This document shows, piece after piece, positions 27,119 through 36,031 of a stretch of 64,000 nt of DNA. The stretch's first letter is position 1. Each line of letters starts with the position of its first letter. The notes under the pieces were generated by a model. It searched no databases. It was not told the origin of the DNA and saw only the letters and a list, made by a program, of their open reading frames with translations. Source of the stretch: Chlamydiota bacterium (GTDB taxonomy: Bacteria > Chlamydiota > Chlamydiia > Chlamydiales > SM23-39). A program made the translations under genes and the position numbers. The stretch spans positions 96,745 through 160,744 of the forward strand of contig DAIDHZ010000001.1 in the NCBI GenBank assembly GCA_027451825.1, read 5' to 3'.

Positions 27119-28227
27119 TGAAACAACGCATCTTGGCGCTCATTTGGAAAGAAATCCTTGCCGTTCTTTTTGATTCTAAAAGCCGCATTTCCATCATTTT
27201 ACCTCCCATTATTCAACTTCTAATCTTTGCTTATGCAGCAACTTTAGATGTAAAAAATGTCGATATTGCCGTCTTCAATAAAGATAGCGGTGAAAGATCT
27301 TTTGAACTGATTCAACGTCTTAGAGGATCTTCTATCTTTCATACAATTTCTTACTTAGAAAGAGAAGAAGACATCGCACCCTATATCGATGTTCAAAAAG
27401 GACTCATGGTGATCTCTTTTGATGAACAATTTTCTCGCAATATCAACATGAAAAAGAAAGCAGATGTGCAACTCATTTTTGATGGAAGAAAATCCAATTC
27501 CGCCCAAATTCTATCCGGATATCTCTCTCAAATCATCAATAGCTACAACGTCGACATCACTCAAGAAGTTTTGAAAAAAGAGCCGAAATCCGCCCTCATC
27601 CAACGGAACTGGTTCAACCCAAATCTACTCTATATCTGGTATAACATCCCATGTCTTGTGTGCACCCTTTCAATGCTCACTTGTCTTGTGGTGACGACCC
27701 ATTCTGTAGCAAGAGAAAGAGAACTGGGGACCTTTGATCAGCTCCTTGTATCCCCTCTTCTTCCAGGAGAAATTGTCATTGGGAAACTCATTCCCGGAAT
27801 CATCATTGGAACCTTGGAAGGCCTCTTCATGGTTGCTATGGGTGTTTTTGTCTTTGGAGTTCCTTTTACAGGCTCTTTTCTTTTATTTCTTTTCAGTCTC
27901 CTTGTTTTTGTCACAGCAATCAGCGGAGTTGGGATTTTTATTTCCTCTCTTTGCTATACACAACAACAAGCTATGTTAGGATCATTTACTTTTATGCTTC
28001 CCTCTGTTTTGCTCTCAGGATTTGCAACGCCCATTGAAAATATGCCCTCTTGGCTACAACCGATTACCTATTTAATTCCACTCAGATACATGCTCATCAT
28101 TTCAAAAGGGATCTTTTTAAAAGCGCTTCCTTCTTTATTCATCTTTCAAAATGTCTACCCCATGATCATCATTTCTTGCATTACGCTCATCGGCTCCGGC
28201 ATTTTCTTTCGCAAGAGGATTTTATGA
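27118..28227 (+). CDS. ABC-2 type permease (YbhR-like)
   Basis: Paralog of the preceding permease. The start is adjacent to the upstream stop (TAATG). Confidence 0.8.
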   Translation: MKQRILALIWKEILAVLFDSKSRISIILPPIIQLLIFAYAATLDVKNVDIAVFNKDSGERSFELIQRLRGSSIFHTISYLEREEDIAPYIDVQKGLMVISFDEQFSRNINMKKKADVQLIFDGRKSNSAQILSGYLSQIINSYNVDITQEVLKKEPKSALIQRNWFNPNLLYIWYNIPCLVCTLSMLTCLVVTTHSVARERELGTFDQLLVSPLLPGEIVIGKLIPGIIIGTLEGLFMVAMGVFVFGVPFTGSFLLFLFSLLVFVTAISGVGIFISSLCYTQQQAMLGSFTFMLPSVLLSGFATPIENMPSWLQPITYLIPLRYMLIISKGIFLKALPSLFIFQNVYPMIIISCITLIGSGIFFRKRIL

Positions 28228-29699
28228 AAAAACCCATTCTCTTTTTAACTTTCATTCTCAGCGGATGCATGGTAGGCCCCAACTATACGCCTCCCCAAAC
28301 CGACATTCCGGATCTTTGGACGCAACAAAAGGAAGGAATCGATACAACAGAAAATATCATCATCTCCTGGTGGGACGTCTTTCAAGATCCCCTTCTTTCC
28401 AAATATATAAAAGAAGCCGAAGAGAAAAACTACGATCTTCAAAAAGCAGAGGCAAATATTTTGCAAGCAAGAGCCATCCGCCAAATCGCAGCATCCAGTT
28501 TATTTCCTCAAATCTCCGCAGATGTAGATGGCTTTAAAACCTATTTTAGTAAAAATGGCCCCGTCTTTGCGATTGGTCCTGCAGCAGGAAATTCAACAAT
28601 CGTTCCATCTGCCACAACAGGACTTCCTTTCCAACTACAAATCCCTCAAATTCAAAACCTTTTCAACGCCCTTTTCGATGCAAGCTGGGAGCTTGATCTT
28701 TTTGGGAAAACAAGAAGAGCCATCGAACAGGCAGATGCGATGATCGGAAGCTCAATGGAACAAAAAAACGATCTTCTCATTTCCATTTTTTCAGAAATTG
28801 CGATCAATTACATAGAGCTCAGAAGCGCCCAAGAAAAACAAAGACTTCTTCAAGAGGAAGTCCGCATCCTCAAAGAAAAAGAAAAAATCATCGAAAAATC
28901 GTGGAGCTCCGGCTATAAAAATCGATCGGATGTCGAAGCCATTCAAAGAGATGTTGCAAACATGGAAGCTCTCATTCCAGAGAGCCTCCAAGAAATTTAC
29001 AAAAGCATCTATACTCTTTCCATTTTAACAGGAAATCTTCCAGAAACTCTCTTTGATGAATTGATCCAAAAAAAACCACTACCCTGCATCCCTGAGAAAA
29101 TCGCCGTTGGCCTGCGCTCCGATTTGCTACGAAGAAGACCCGATATCCGCAAAGCCGAAAGAGAGCTCGCCGCTGCAACAGCAGGCGTTGGCATTGCTGT
29201 CGCCGCATTCTTTCCCGTCATCACTTTGAGCAGTTTCGGGGGATTCCAATCCTTACAGCTTCCCAAACTTTTAGAATGGGACAGTAAAACCTGGGGCTAT
29301 GGCGCCGATATCAATATGCCTCTCTACCAAGGTGGAAAAACTGTAGGATACCTACGCCTTTCCAGAGCCATTGAATCACAGGCAGCATCTTCTTATCAGC
29401 AAACCGTACTCAATGCTCTTCAAGAAAGCGAAACGTTTCTCTCCAACTACGAACAGCTATTAAACACCCATTCCTTTCTAAACCAAGGCCTTACAAATAC
29501 CAAAAACATCGTTTCCATTGCCTCTGAACAGTTCAATAAAGGCCTCGCCACAAAACTTCAACTTCTCACTGTAGAAGAAAGATACATTCAAGATCTCCTT
29601 TCTCTTTTAAATAACGACACAAACACTCTCACAACTCTCATCTCTCTTTACAAATCTCTCGGGGGCGGCTGGGAAAAAGAAGACCCGCAATCACTATAA
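28224..29699 (+). CDS. Outer-membrane efflux lipoprotein (NodT/OprM family)
   Basis: The ATG at 28224 overlaps the upstream stop (ATGA). Lipobox: MKKPILFLTFILSGC. Two OEP repeats, and a C-terminus typical of the family (LYKSLGGGW). Confidence 0.85.
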   Translation: MKKPILFLTFILSGCMVGPNYTPPQTDIPDLWTQQKEGIDTTENIIISWWDVFQDPLLSKYIKEAEEKNYDLQKAEANILQARAIRQIAASSLFPQISADVDGFKTYFSKNGPVFAIGPAAGNSTIVPSATTGLPFQLQIPQIQNLFNALFDASWELDLFGKTRRAIEQADAMIGSSMEQKNDLLISIFSEIAINYIELRSAQEKQRLLQEEVRILKEKEKIIEKSWSSGYKNRSDVEAIQRDVANMEALIPESLQEIYKSIYTLSILTGNLPETLFDELIQKKPLPCIPEKIAVGLRSDLLRRRPDIRKAERELAAATAGVGIAVAAFFPVITLSSFGGFQSLQLPKLLEWDSKTWGYGADINMPLYQGGKTVGYLRLSRAIESQAASSYQQTVLNALQESETFLSNYEQLLNTHSFLNQGLTNTKNIVSIASEQFNKGLATKLQLLTVEERYIQDLLSLLNNDTNTLTTLISLYKSLGGGWEKEDPQSL

Positions 29700-29790
29700 A
29701 AATAATTTTAAAAAAATTAATTAAAATTTAATTTATTATTTAAATTAAATATAGATAATTGTAAAATAATATAAAAACATTATAGTAATA

Positions 29791-30753
29791 ATGATTAGAT
29801 CAGCATTCTCCCGCCCTCTGACGGCCGCGCAGAACAAATTCGCAGCACAACAATGGACCTACCGCTCAGACCATTTACCCGTATTTGGCAGAGTGAATGA
29901 CTGTCTTTTTGGCACTGAAAACACGCTCAATAATGCATTCATCCATCACGTCGAAGAAATACCTTTTTGGCGAGATTCCGACTTAGTTCGCACAAGCAAA
30001 CTTCCCTCCGCTCTTTATCCTGCAATATCAAAAAGAGAAGAACAAGTTCTCCAGAATCTACAACGACTTTTTTTAGAAGAAGCAAGCATGGATGTTCTCT
30101 CCGTACAAGAATGTTCGGATCGTATGGCCTCATTATTCAAAGAAACATTAGAGCCTGAAGTTGCCGTGATCGTAGGAAATGGAAATCGAAACAATCATGT
30201 AGTTACTTTTTTTAAAAAAGCCAATTTTTCTATTGAAGATCTAAAAGTTCTTCCTATTTTCAGACGTCATATTCCTCGTCTTGGGGGTCTTGTTTGGGAT
30301 GAGTGGCGCCCCTCTATCGATATCACCTTAACATCCAAAAAATCTCCATTTTCTACAGAAAAAATACGATTTCTCAATCTTCATATTTCTTCCGCAGGAG
30401 AATCTGACGAATACAAAAAAGCCAGGTTGCAAGAAGTTCGTACCTATTCTGATTTTCATTCCGGCAAAATACCTTTCATTCTTTGTGGAGATTTCAATGC
30501 AAGAGAAGAATTGATGGAACCTGAGTTTGGAGATAAATATCAAAGCATCCGATCGCATCCTACTCAAATCGAATGCATCCCAAAAGACGATCCCCACCTT
30601 GTGGCTGTTGATGACTTAAGAGTTTATGTTCCTGAAGAGTCCAAATACATCATCGAACAATCGTCGATTCCTCTAAGTAAAGCAGATCCTCAAGCCGACG
30701 ACACATTTCAAAGAGTTTTCAAACCCCTTATCGATGGCCTTGAGATGAAGTAA
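29791..30753 (+). CDS. Endonuclease/exonuclease/phosphatase (EEP)-like protein with atypical motif order
   Basis: Contains CGDFNA (aa ~232) and SDHLPV (aa ~26). No other family recognised. Confidence 0.5.
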   Translation: MIRSAFSRPLTAAQNKFAAQQWTYRSDHLPVFGRVNDCLFGTENTLNNAFIHHVEEIPFWRDSDLVRTSKLPSALYPAISKREEQVLQNLQRLFLEEASMDVLSVQECSDRMASLFKETLEPEVAVIVGNGNRNNHVVTFFKKANFSIEDLKVLPIFRRHIPRLGGLVWDEWRPSIDITLTSKKSPFSTEKIRFLNLHISSAGESDEYKKARLQEVRTYSDFHSGKIPFILCGDFNAREELMEPEFGDKYQSIRSHPTQIECIPKDDPHLVAVDDLRVYVPEESKYIIEQSSIPLSKADPQADDTFQRVFKPLIDGLEMK

Positions 30754-30788
30754 AAAATCGAGCAAGCCTTAGAAGGCTTTGCTCGATC
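30753..30788 (-). terminator. Terminator of the histone-like gene
   Basis: The minus strand reads atcgagcaaagcc-ttctaa-ggcttgctcgat followed by TTTTT. Confidence 0.6.
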
Positions 30789-30843
30789 CCTATCAAAAAA
30801 ATCTTGGACGTATATTTCAACTAAAAAGCGTCGAAAATAGCAA

Positions 30844-31029
30844 TTACTCTTGAGCCATAATTGATGCAACTGCTGAAGACTTACGAGCTTTTCGTTTTGT
30901 TTTACGAGCAGTTTTTCTTTTTGTTGCTTTTCTTTTTGTCGCTTTTCTACGAGTTGCTTTACGAGCAGTAGATCTTCTTTTTGTTGCTTTTTTAGCTTTT
31001 CTTTTTGTTGCTTTTCTTCGTTTAACCAT
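30844..31029 (-). CDS. Histone H1-like basic nucleoid protein (chlamydial Hc-like)
   Basis: 61 aa, more than 50% Lys/Arg, with reiterated ATKRKA/TRRKA units. A strong SD (AAGGAGG) sits 7-8 nt upstream of the ATG. Confidence 0.65.
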   Translation of the reverse strand: MVKRRKATKRKAKKATKRRSTARKATRRKATKRKATKRKTARKTKRKARKSSAVASIMAQE

Positions 31030-31470
31030 TTTTTTTCCTCCTTATGGTGTAAAGAGCTTTGGAAATTCAGGATCTGTCTTAAAATCTTTTCGTTTTCACT
31101 TTTTTTAGATCTTCAAACCCGGCGGAACCCTTCCGCCATTCCTTACACGCTTTACAATTTTAAATATACTTTTTCTAATAAATAATTACAAACACCTTAT
31201 TGTTATTATCTTTCATTTCAAACAAAATCAATTTAATTAAAATTGCCTTCAAAACATATTCTGAGGGCATTTTTCAGAGAACTCAAGCAACGCAAAAAAA
31301 AATTTAAAAAATATTTTTTTTAACAAAAAAAACGAATAAAAATCTCAAAACATTAACAATCAATAAATTAAAGAAATCAATAAAACTACAAACCACTCAA
31401 TATAAAAGACATAAAAATGTTTAAAAAAAACATTTTAAATATATGAAAAAATGATTATAAATCAAAAAAT

Positions 31471-32259
31471 ATGGAATTTTTATTTCTTATTTTCATTGGA
31501 TTACTGACAGGAATTTTATCCGGACTTTTAGGAATCGGCGGCGGAATTATTACAGTTCCCGCGCTCTACTATCTTCTTGAATCGTACCACGGAACTTCAC
31601 CGTATTTAATGCATATCTGCGTTGCAACCGCTTTAGCATCCACCTTATTTACTTCGTCAGGAACCTCATGGTCTCATTACAAAAAAAAAGCAATTTCGGC
31701 TCATTCATTAAAAATTTTGGTTCCGGGGCTTCTTGCCGGATGTATTTTAGGCGCATTTGCAACGTTAATTCTTCCAAGCTCTTTCTTAAGAATCATTTTC
31801 GGTTGTATGTCTTTTGTGCTCGCCATCTATTTCTTTTTTCCGAATCTTCCGCAATTTGAAATCGCTCCTCATCCCAATAAATCTCTTTCCTTCATCGGCA
31901 TATTGGTAGGATGCCTTTCCACTTTATTAGGCGTTGGCGGCGGCATTTTTATGGTTCCCGTTCTCTTGGGTTATCATGTACCTTTAAGAAATACAATTGC
32001 CACATCTTCCGTCGGAACACTAACCACTGCCATTATGGGAACTTTAATCTATTTGTGGATTGCAAAAAGTTCTACGCATCAAATCCCTTTTACCTTAGGA
32101 TTTATCGACCTTCCGGCGATGCTGCTGATTGGACTTTGCTCTTTAGCGACAACCGCGTGGGGCGCTCACTTAGCGCATACGCTCCCTCACACCCTCATTA
32201 AACGGATTTTTGCGCTTGCTCTTATGGGGACTGGATTTACAATGATTTTTAAACCTTAA
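31471..32259 (+). CDS. TauE/SafE (DUF81) family anion exporter
   Basis: 262 aa, about 8 TM segments, with internally duplicated G(I/V)GGG(I)(I/F).VP motifs. Confidence 0.8.
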   Translation: MEFLFLIFIGLLTGILSGLLGIGGGIITVPALYYLLESYHGTSPYLMHICVATALASTLFTSSGTSWSHYKKKAISAHSLKILVPGLLAGCILGAFATLILPSSFLRIIFGCMSFVLAIYFFFPNLPQFEIAPHPNKSLSFIGILVGCLSTLLGVGGGIFMVPVLLGYHVPLRNTIATSSVGTLTTAIMGTLIYLWIAKSSTHQIPFTLGFIDLPAMLLIGLCSLATTAWGAHLAHTLPHTLIKRIFALALMGTGFTMIFKP

Positions 32260-32264
32260 ATCAA

Positions 32265-32448
32265 AGAGCCAATTGCAAAACTGCTTTACCCGGAAAAATC
32301 GATAATTTTGAGGCAAGTTAAGAGGGCAAGCAAGCTTGCCCGTTTCACTTTGACGAACCCAACCCCTAGTGGGTTGGGTAAGGAGAGTGAACTTAAATGG
32401 CCCCAAAAGGACGATTTTAACGGGTAAATGAGTTTTGCAATTGGCTCC
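32265..32448. repeat. 184-bp palindromic structured element with 28-bp terminal inverted repeats
   Basis: agagccaattgcaaaactgctttacccg pairs with cgggtaaatgagttttgcaattggctcc (17-bp perfect core). Internal hairpins include gggcaagcaagcttgccc and acccaaccc-ctagt-gggttgggt. Confidence 0.6.
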
Positions 32449-32452
32449 AAAG

Positions 32453-32650
32453 TTAATCCCAACGCCGGCTTCGCTTCTTGGAAGAAACTTTTTCTTTTTT
32501 CAGTTGAAAATCGATTTCAGCATCTTCAAACCAATGAACAAGAGCCTGATAGATCATTTTCCCTTGGCGCAGGATAAATTCATCATGCTCAGAGGTCACA
32601 ACCCAAACATAGCCGCCAAGAAAAATAAGCATCCAAAGCAATTTACGCAT
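32453..32650 (-). CDS. Possible small membrane protein
   Basis: ORF starting at Met16 (MRKLLWMLIFLGGYVWVV...) with one TM segment. No homology recognised. Confidence 0.3.
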   Translation of the reverse strand: MRKLLWMLIFLGGYVWVVTSEHDEFILRQGKMIYQALVHWFEDAEIDFQLKKEKVSSKKRSRRWD

Positions 32651-32741
32651 ACTTATTTTACAAGTATCATTTATTGAGCTATTGCACAATTGCAAAAAAA
32701 GGGATATATTTTCTTCTTTTCAATTTTCTAAAGGAGAAATC

Positions 32742-33257
32742 ATGACTCAAACCCACTTTAAAGGAAAACCGATCCAAACCACTGGTCATCTTCCTCAAAT
32801 CCATACAAAAGCGCCTGTCTTCCAATTAACGGACAAAGATCTCAACAATCACTCCCTTTCAGAGTTTCAAGGCAAAAGAAAAATTTTGGCAACCGTTCCA
32901 AGTCTTGATACGGGCGTATGCGCAACCATGACCAAACACATCAATGAATTTGCGAAAAAACATCCAGACTTTATCTTTATCATTGTGTCATGCGATCTTC
33001 CATTTGCTCAAAAACGATTCTGCGAAGCTGAAAATGTCCATAACGTAAAAACTCTTTCCATGATGAGAGATAAAGAATTTGGGAAAGCATACGGTCTTCT
33101 GATGCAAGACGGCCCGCTTGCAGGCCTACTTGCCCGATCGCTCATCGTCTTGGATGAAAAAGACAATGTTCTCTATGTAGAATTAGTCTCGGAAATAACG
33201 CAAGAGCCCAACTATCATAAAGCTTTTGAAGTTCTTCAAGGTCACGCTAAAAAATGA
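32742..33257 (+). CDS. tpx: Thiol peroxidase
   Basis: The start follows an AAAGGAG SD. The SLDTGVC peroxidatic-Cys motif and overall Tpx pattern are present. Confidence 0.9.
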   Translation: MTQTHFKGKPIQTTGHLPQIHTKAPVFQLTDKDLNNHSLSEFQGKRKILATVPSLDTGVCATMTKHINEFAKKHPDFIFIIVSCDLPFAQKRFCEAENVHNVKTLSMMRDKEFGKAYGLLMQDGPLAGLLARSLIVLDEKDNVLYVELVSEITQEPNYHKAFEVLQGHAKK

Positions 33258-34639
33258 CAGAAGAACCCTCTCTTGTTTTTGTATCACTCAAAAGCCTTGA
33301 GACACCAAAAGAGATTCCATCCCATTATGGGATGGAACTTCGTTTAGATCTCATCCATAATTCTCTGACAGAAGTCGCCTCTTTCATTCAAACATCCAAA
33401 CATCCCATCTTGCTCACTCTCAGAAGTGTCTCTCACGGGGGGAAATGCGCTCTTTCAGCAAAAGAGAGAGAAGATTTTTTAGAAAAAATGATCCAGCTCA
33501 ATCCTTCATTTTGCGATCTTGAATGCGATCTAGACCCTCTTTTTTTGAAAAAAACCATCCAAAATCACCCTCAGATAAAATTCATTCTTTCCTATCATAA
33601 CACTCAAGAAACGCCTCCTGATCTCGAAACCATGTATCAAAACATGGCTCTCTATCCGGCGTATCACTATAAAATCGCCGCACAGCCGCAAAGCTTATCT
33701 GATGTTCTTCGCATGCTCGAGATCGCAAGTAAACATCCCAAACTCAGCACCATCTCCATGGGAGAAAAAGGATCGTTTTCTCGTATTTTCAGCGCTTTTT
33801 CAAAAGGCAAAATTCAATTTGCTTGCGTAAATGATGAAAACGCAGTTAGCACAGGCCAAATTGCCTACCAAGACCTTCACCATCTCTATCGCTATAGCGA
33901 CCTCTCTTCAAATACGTCTATCTTTGCCCTCATCGGAGATCCTGTCAGTAAAAGCCAAGGACACATCTACCACAACCGCCTTTTTATCCAAAAAAATCAA
34001 GACGCCGTCTATCTCAAAATCCCACTTCAAGAAGAAGAACTTCCTCTTTTCTTTGACTTTGTCAAAAAAATGCCTTTTAAAGGAATCAGCGTCACTATGC
34101 CTCTCAAAGAAAAAATAGCCCCTTTTCTCGATAACATAGATCCTGAATGCCTCAAGACACAAGCAATCAACACCATTGTTGTTCAAGATCAAAAACTCAT
34201 TGGGAAAAATACCGATGGACAAGGAGCTCTTCAAGCCATCCAACAAAAAGGATCTATTGAAGGGAAAAAAATGATCATCTTAGGCGCTGGAGGCTCTAGC
34301 AAAGCAATTGCCTTGTCTCTCATCAAAGCAGGTGGAATTGTCACTATTTTAAATCGAACCAAAGAAAAGGCAATCAAGACAGCTCTTTCCTTAGGCTGCC
34401 AAGCCGGCTCTTTAAATGACATTCCCAACGACTACGATATCCTCATCAACTGCACTTCAGATGAGCTTCCCATTGATCCATCAAAGATCATCCCCGGCTC
34501 CATCGTCATGGATATCACCTACGTTCCAAAAGAAACCAAAATCCTCAAAGAAGCTCTTCAAAAAAACTGCAAGATCATCTACGGAGAAGAGATGTTTTTC
34601 AATCAAGCAAACCTTCAAAGACTCCTCTGGTCAGTATGA
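33254..34639 (+). CDS. aroDE: Bifunctional 3-dehydroquinate dehydratase / shikimate 5-dehydrogenase
   Basis: The N-terminal half resembles a type I DHQase. The C-terminal half has shikimate dehydrogenase motifs (GISVTMPLK, NTDG.G, GAGGSSKA). This fusion is found in chlamydiae. Confidence 0.85.
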   Translation: MTEEPSLVFVSLKSLETPKEIPSHYGMELRLDLIHNSLTEVASFIQTSKHPILLTLRSVSHGGKCALSAKEREDFLEKMIQLNPSFCDLECDLDPLFLKKTIQNHPQIKFILSYHNTQETPPDLETMYQNMALYPAYHYKIAAQPQSLSDVLRMLEIASKHPKLSTISMGEKGSFSRIFSAFSKGKIQFACVNDENAVSTGQIAYQDLHHLYRYSDLSSNTSIFALIGDPVSKSQGHIYHNRLFIQKNQDAVYLKIPLQEEELPLFFDFVKKMPFKGISVTMPLKEKIAPFLDNIDPECLKTQAINTIVVQDQKLIGKNTDGQGALQAIQQKGSIEGKKMIILGAGGSSKAIALSLIKAGGIVTILNRTKEKAIKTALSLGCQAGSLNDIPNDYDILINCTSDELPIDPSKIIPGSIVMDITYVPKETKILKEALQKNCKIIYGEEMFFNQANLQRLLWSV

Positions 34640-35640
34640 TTATCTTGCCTTCAAGACAAACAAAAACCACGCTCCATTTTGGAGAAAATTTCATAGATGC
34701 CTCTTTATTAAAAAAACTCTCTCAAAATACAAAAATCGTCATCATTGCAGATACATACTTTGAATCCTTTGTCAAAGAATTGCAATTTCCCTTTTTAATT
34801 ATAGAAGGTGGAGAGATTGCCAAAACCCAAAAGAAAAAAGAAGAAATCGAAACGTTTCTTTTCAAAGAAAAATGCGGCAAAGACACGACCCTCATCGCTC
34901 TTGGTGGAGGAACCATCACGGATCTTGTTGCCTTCACTGCATCCACTTACATGCGTGGCATTCCTCTCATCCTCATCCCGACAACGCTTCTTGCCATGGT
35001 CGATGCTGCGATCGGAGGGAAAACATCCATCAATACACCCTTTGGGAAAAATCTTTTAGGAACCTATTACTCTCCCAATGCGATCCTTTGCGACTTTCAA
35101 TTCCTCAAAACATTATCTCCAAAAGAATGGCAAAATGGCGTTTCTGAAATCCTCAAAATGGGACTCATTCGCGATCCTTCTCTCTATCAGACTCAAATAA
35201 CCCAAGAAATCATCCAAAAAGCGATTTTACGAAAAATAGAGATTGTCAATCAGGATCCTTATGATCAAGGATTTCGAAAAATCCTAAACTTTGGACATAC
35301 CGTTGGACATGCACTGGAAACCGTTTCCAAGTACACTCTTTCTCATGGAGAAGCCGTTGCCATCGGAGGTCTCATCGAGTCGCATCTCAGTATGGATCTT
35401 GGATTTTTAAGCGCATCTGATTTTCAAGAAATCAAAAAAATGTTCTCTTTAGACGTGATCAACTATCCATCTCAAAAAATCATTGAAGCCATGCGTCTTG
35501 ATAAAAAAAATCAAAATCAAGAAATTCACATTGTACTGATCGATCGGATTGGCCATGCTCTGGAATTTGAAGGAAAATATACAAAATCTGTTTCCGAACA
35601 AGAACTCTTAAACACCTTAAAACATTATGCTATCTCTTGA
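34636..35640 (+). CDS. aroB: 3-dehydroquinate synthase
   Basis: Motifs GGGTITDLVAF, IPTTLLAMVDAAIGGKT and NFGHT.GHA.E. Confidence 0.9.
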   Translation: MIILPSRQTKTTLHFGENFIDASLLKKLSQNTKIVIIADTYFESFVKELQFPFLIIEGGEIAKTQKKKEEIETFLFKEKCGKDTTLIALGGGTITDLVAFTASTYMRGIPLILIPTTLLAMVDAAIGGKTSINTPFGKNLLGTYYSPNAILCDFQFLKTLSPKEWQNGVSEILKMGLIRDPSLYQTQITQEIIQKAILRKIEIVNQDPYDQGFRKILNFGHTVGHALETVSKYTLSHGEAVAIGGLIESHLSMDLGFLSASDFQEIKKMFSLDVINYPSQKIIEAMRLDKKNQNQEIHIVLIDRIGHALEFEGKYTKSVSEQELLNTLKHYAIS

Positions 35641-36031
35641 ATTTTATCAGAGATTCGATGTGGTTCAAATTGCCAAAGATCTCATTGGGACGTATCTTTT
35701 TACAAAAATAGGAGATATTATCACTTCCGGGATGATCATTGAAACTGAAAGCTATGGCGGCGTCACCGATCGAGCCTCTCACGCCTTTAACGATCGAAGA
35801 ACCAAAAGAACAGAAACGATGTACCAAAGAGGGGGCATTGCCTATGTCTACACATATAATGGTCAATCTCTACATTCCGACTCTCTTTGGATTGAAAAAA
35901 GAAAAAAGCCGACCCCTGAATCTCTGATTGAAGCAGGGCCTCGGGTCGGCGTCGAATACGCCAAAGAAGATGCTCTTCTTCCCTGGCGCTTTTGTTTAAG
36001 AAATGAAAACTTATTTCCTTGCACGTGGTAA
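35627..36031 (+). pseudogene. DNA-3-methyladenine glycosylase (Mpg/AAG family) with an in-frame internal deletion
   Basis: The N-terminal (FYQR..V.IAKDLIG..L...G.I.ETE.Y.G..D.ASHA...RRT.RTE.MY..GG.AYVY) and C-terminal (GPRVGV.YA......PWRF) family blocks are present. About 60 residues between them are missing (134 aa against the usual ~190-200). Confidence 0.55.
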
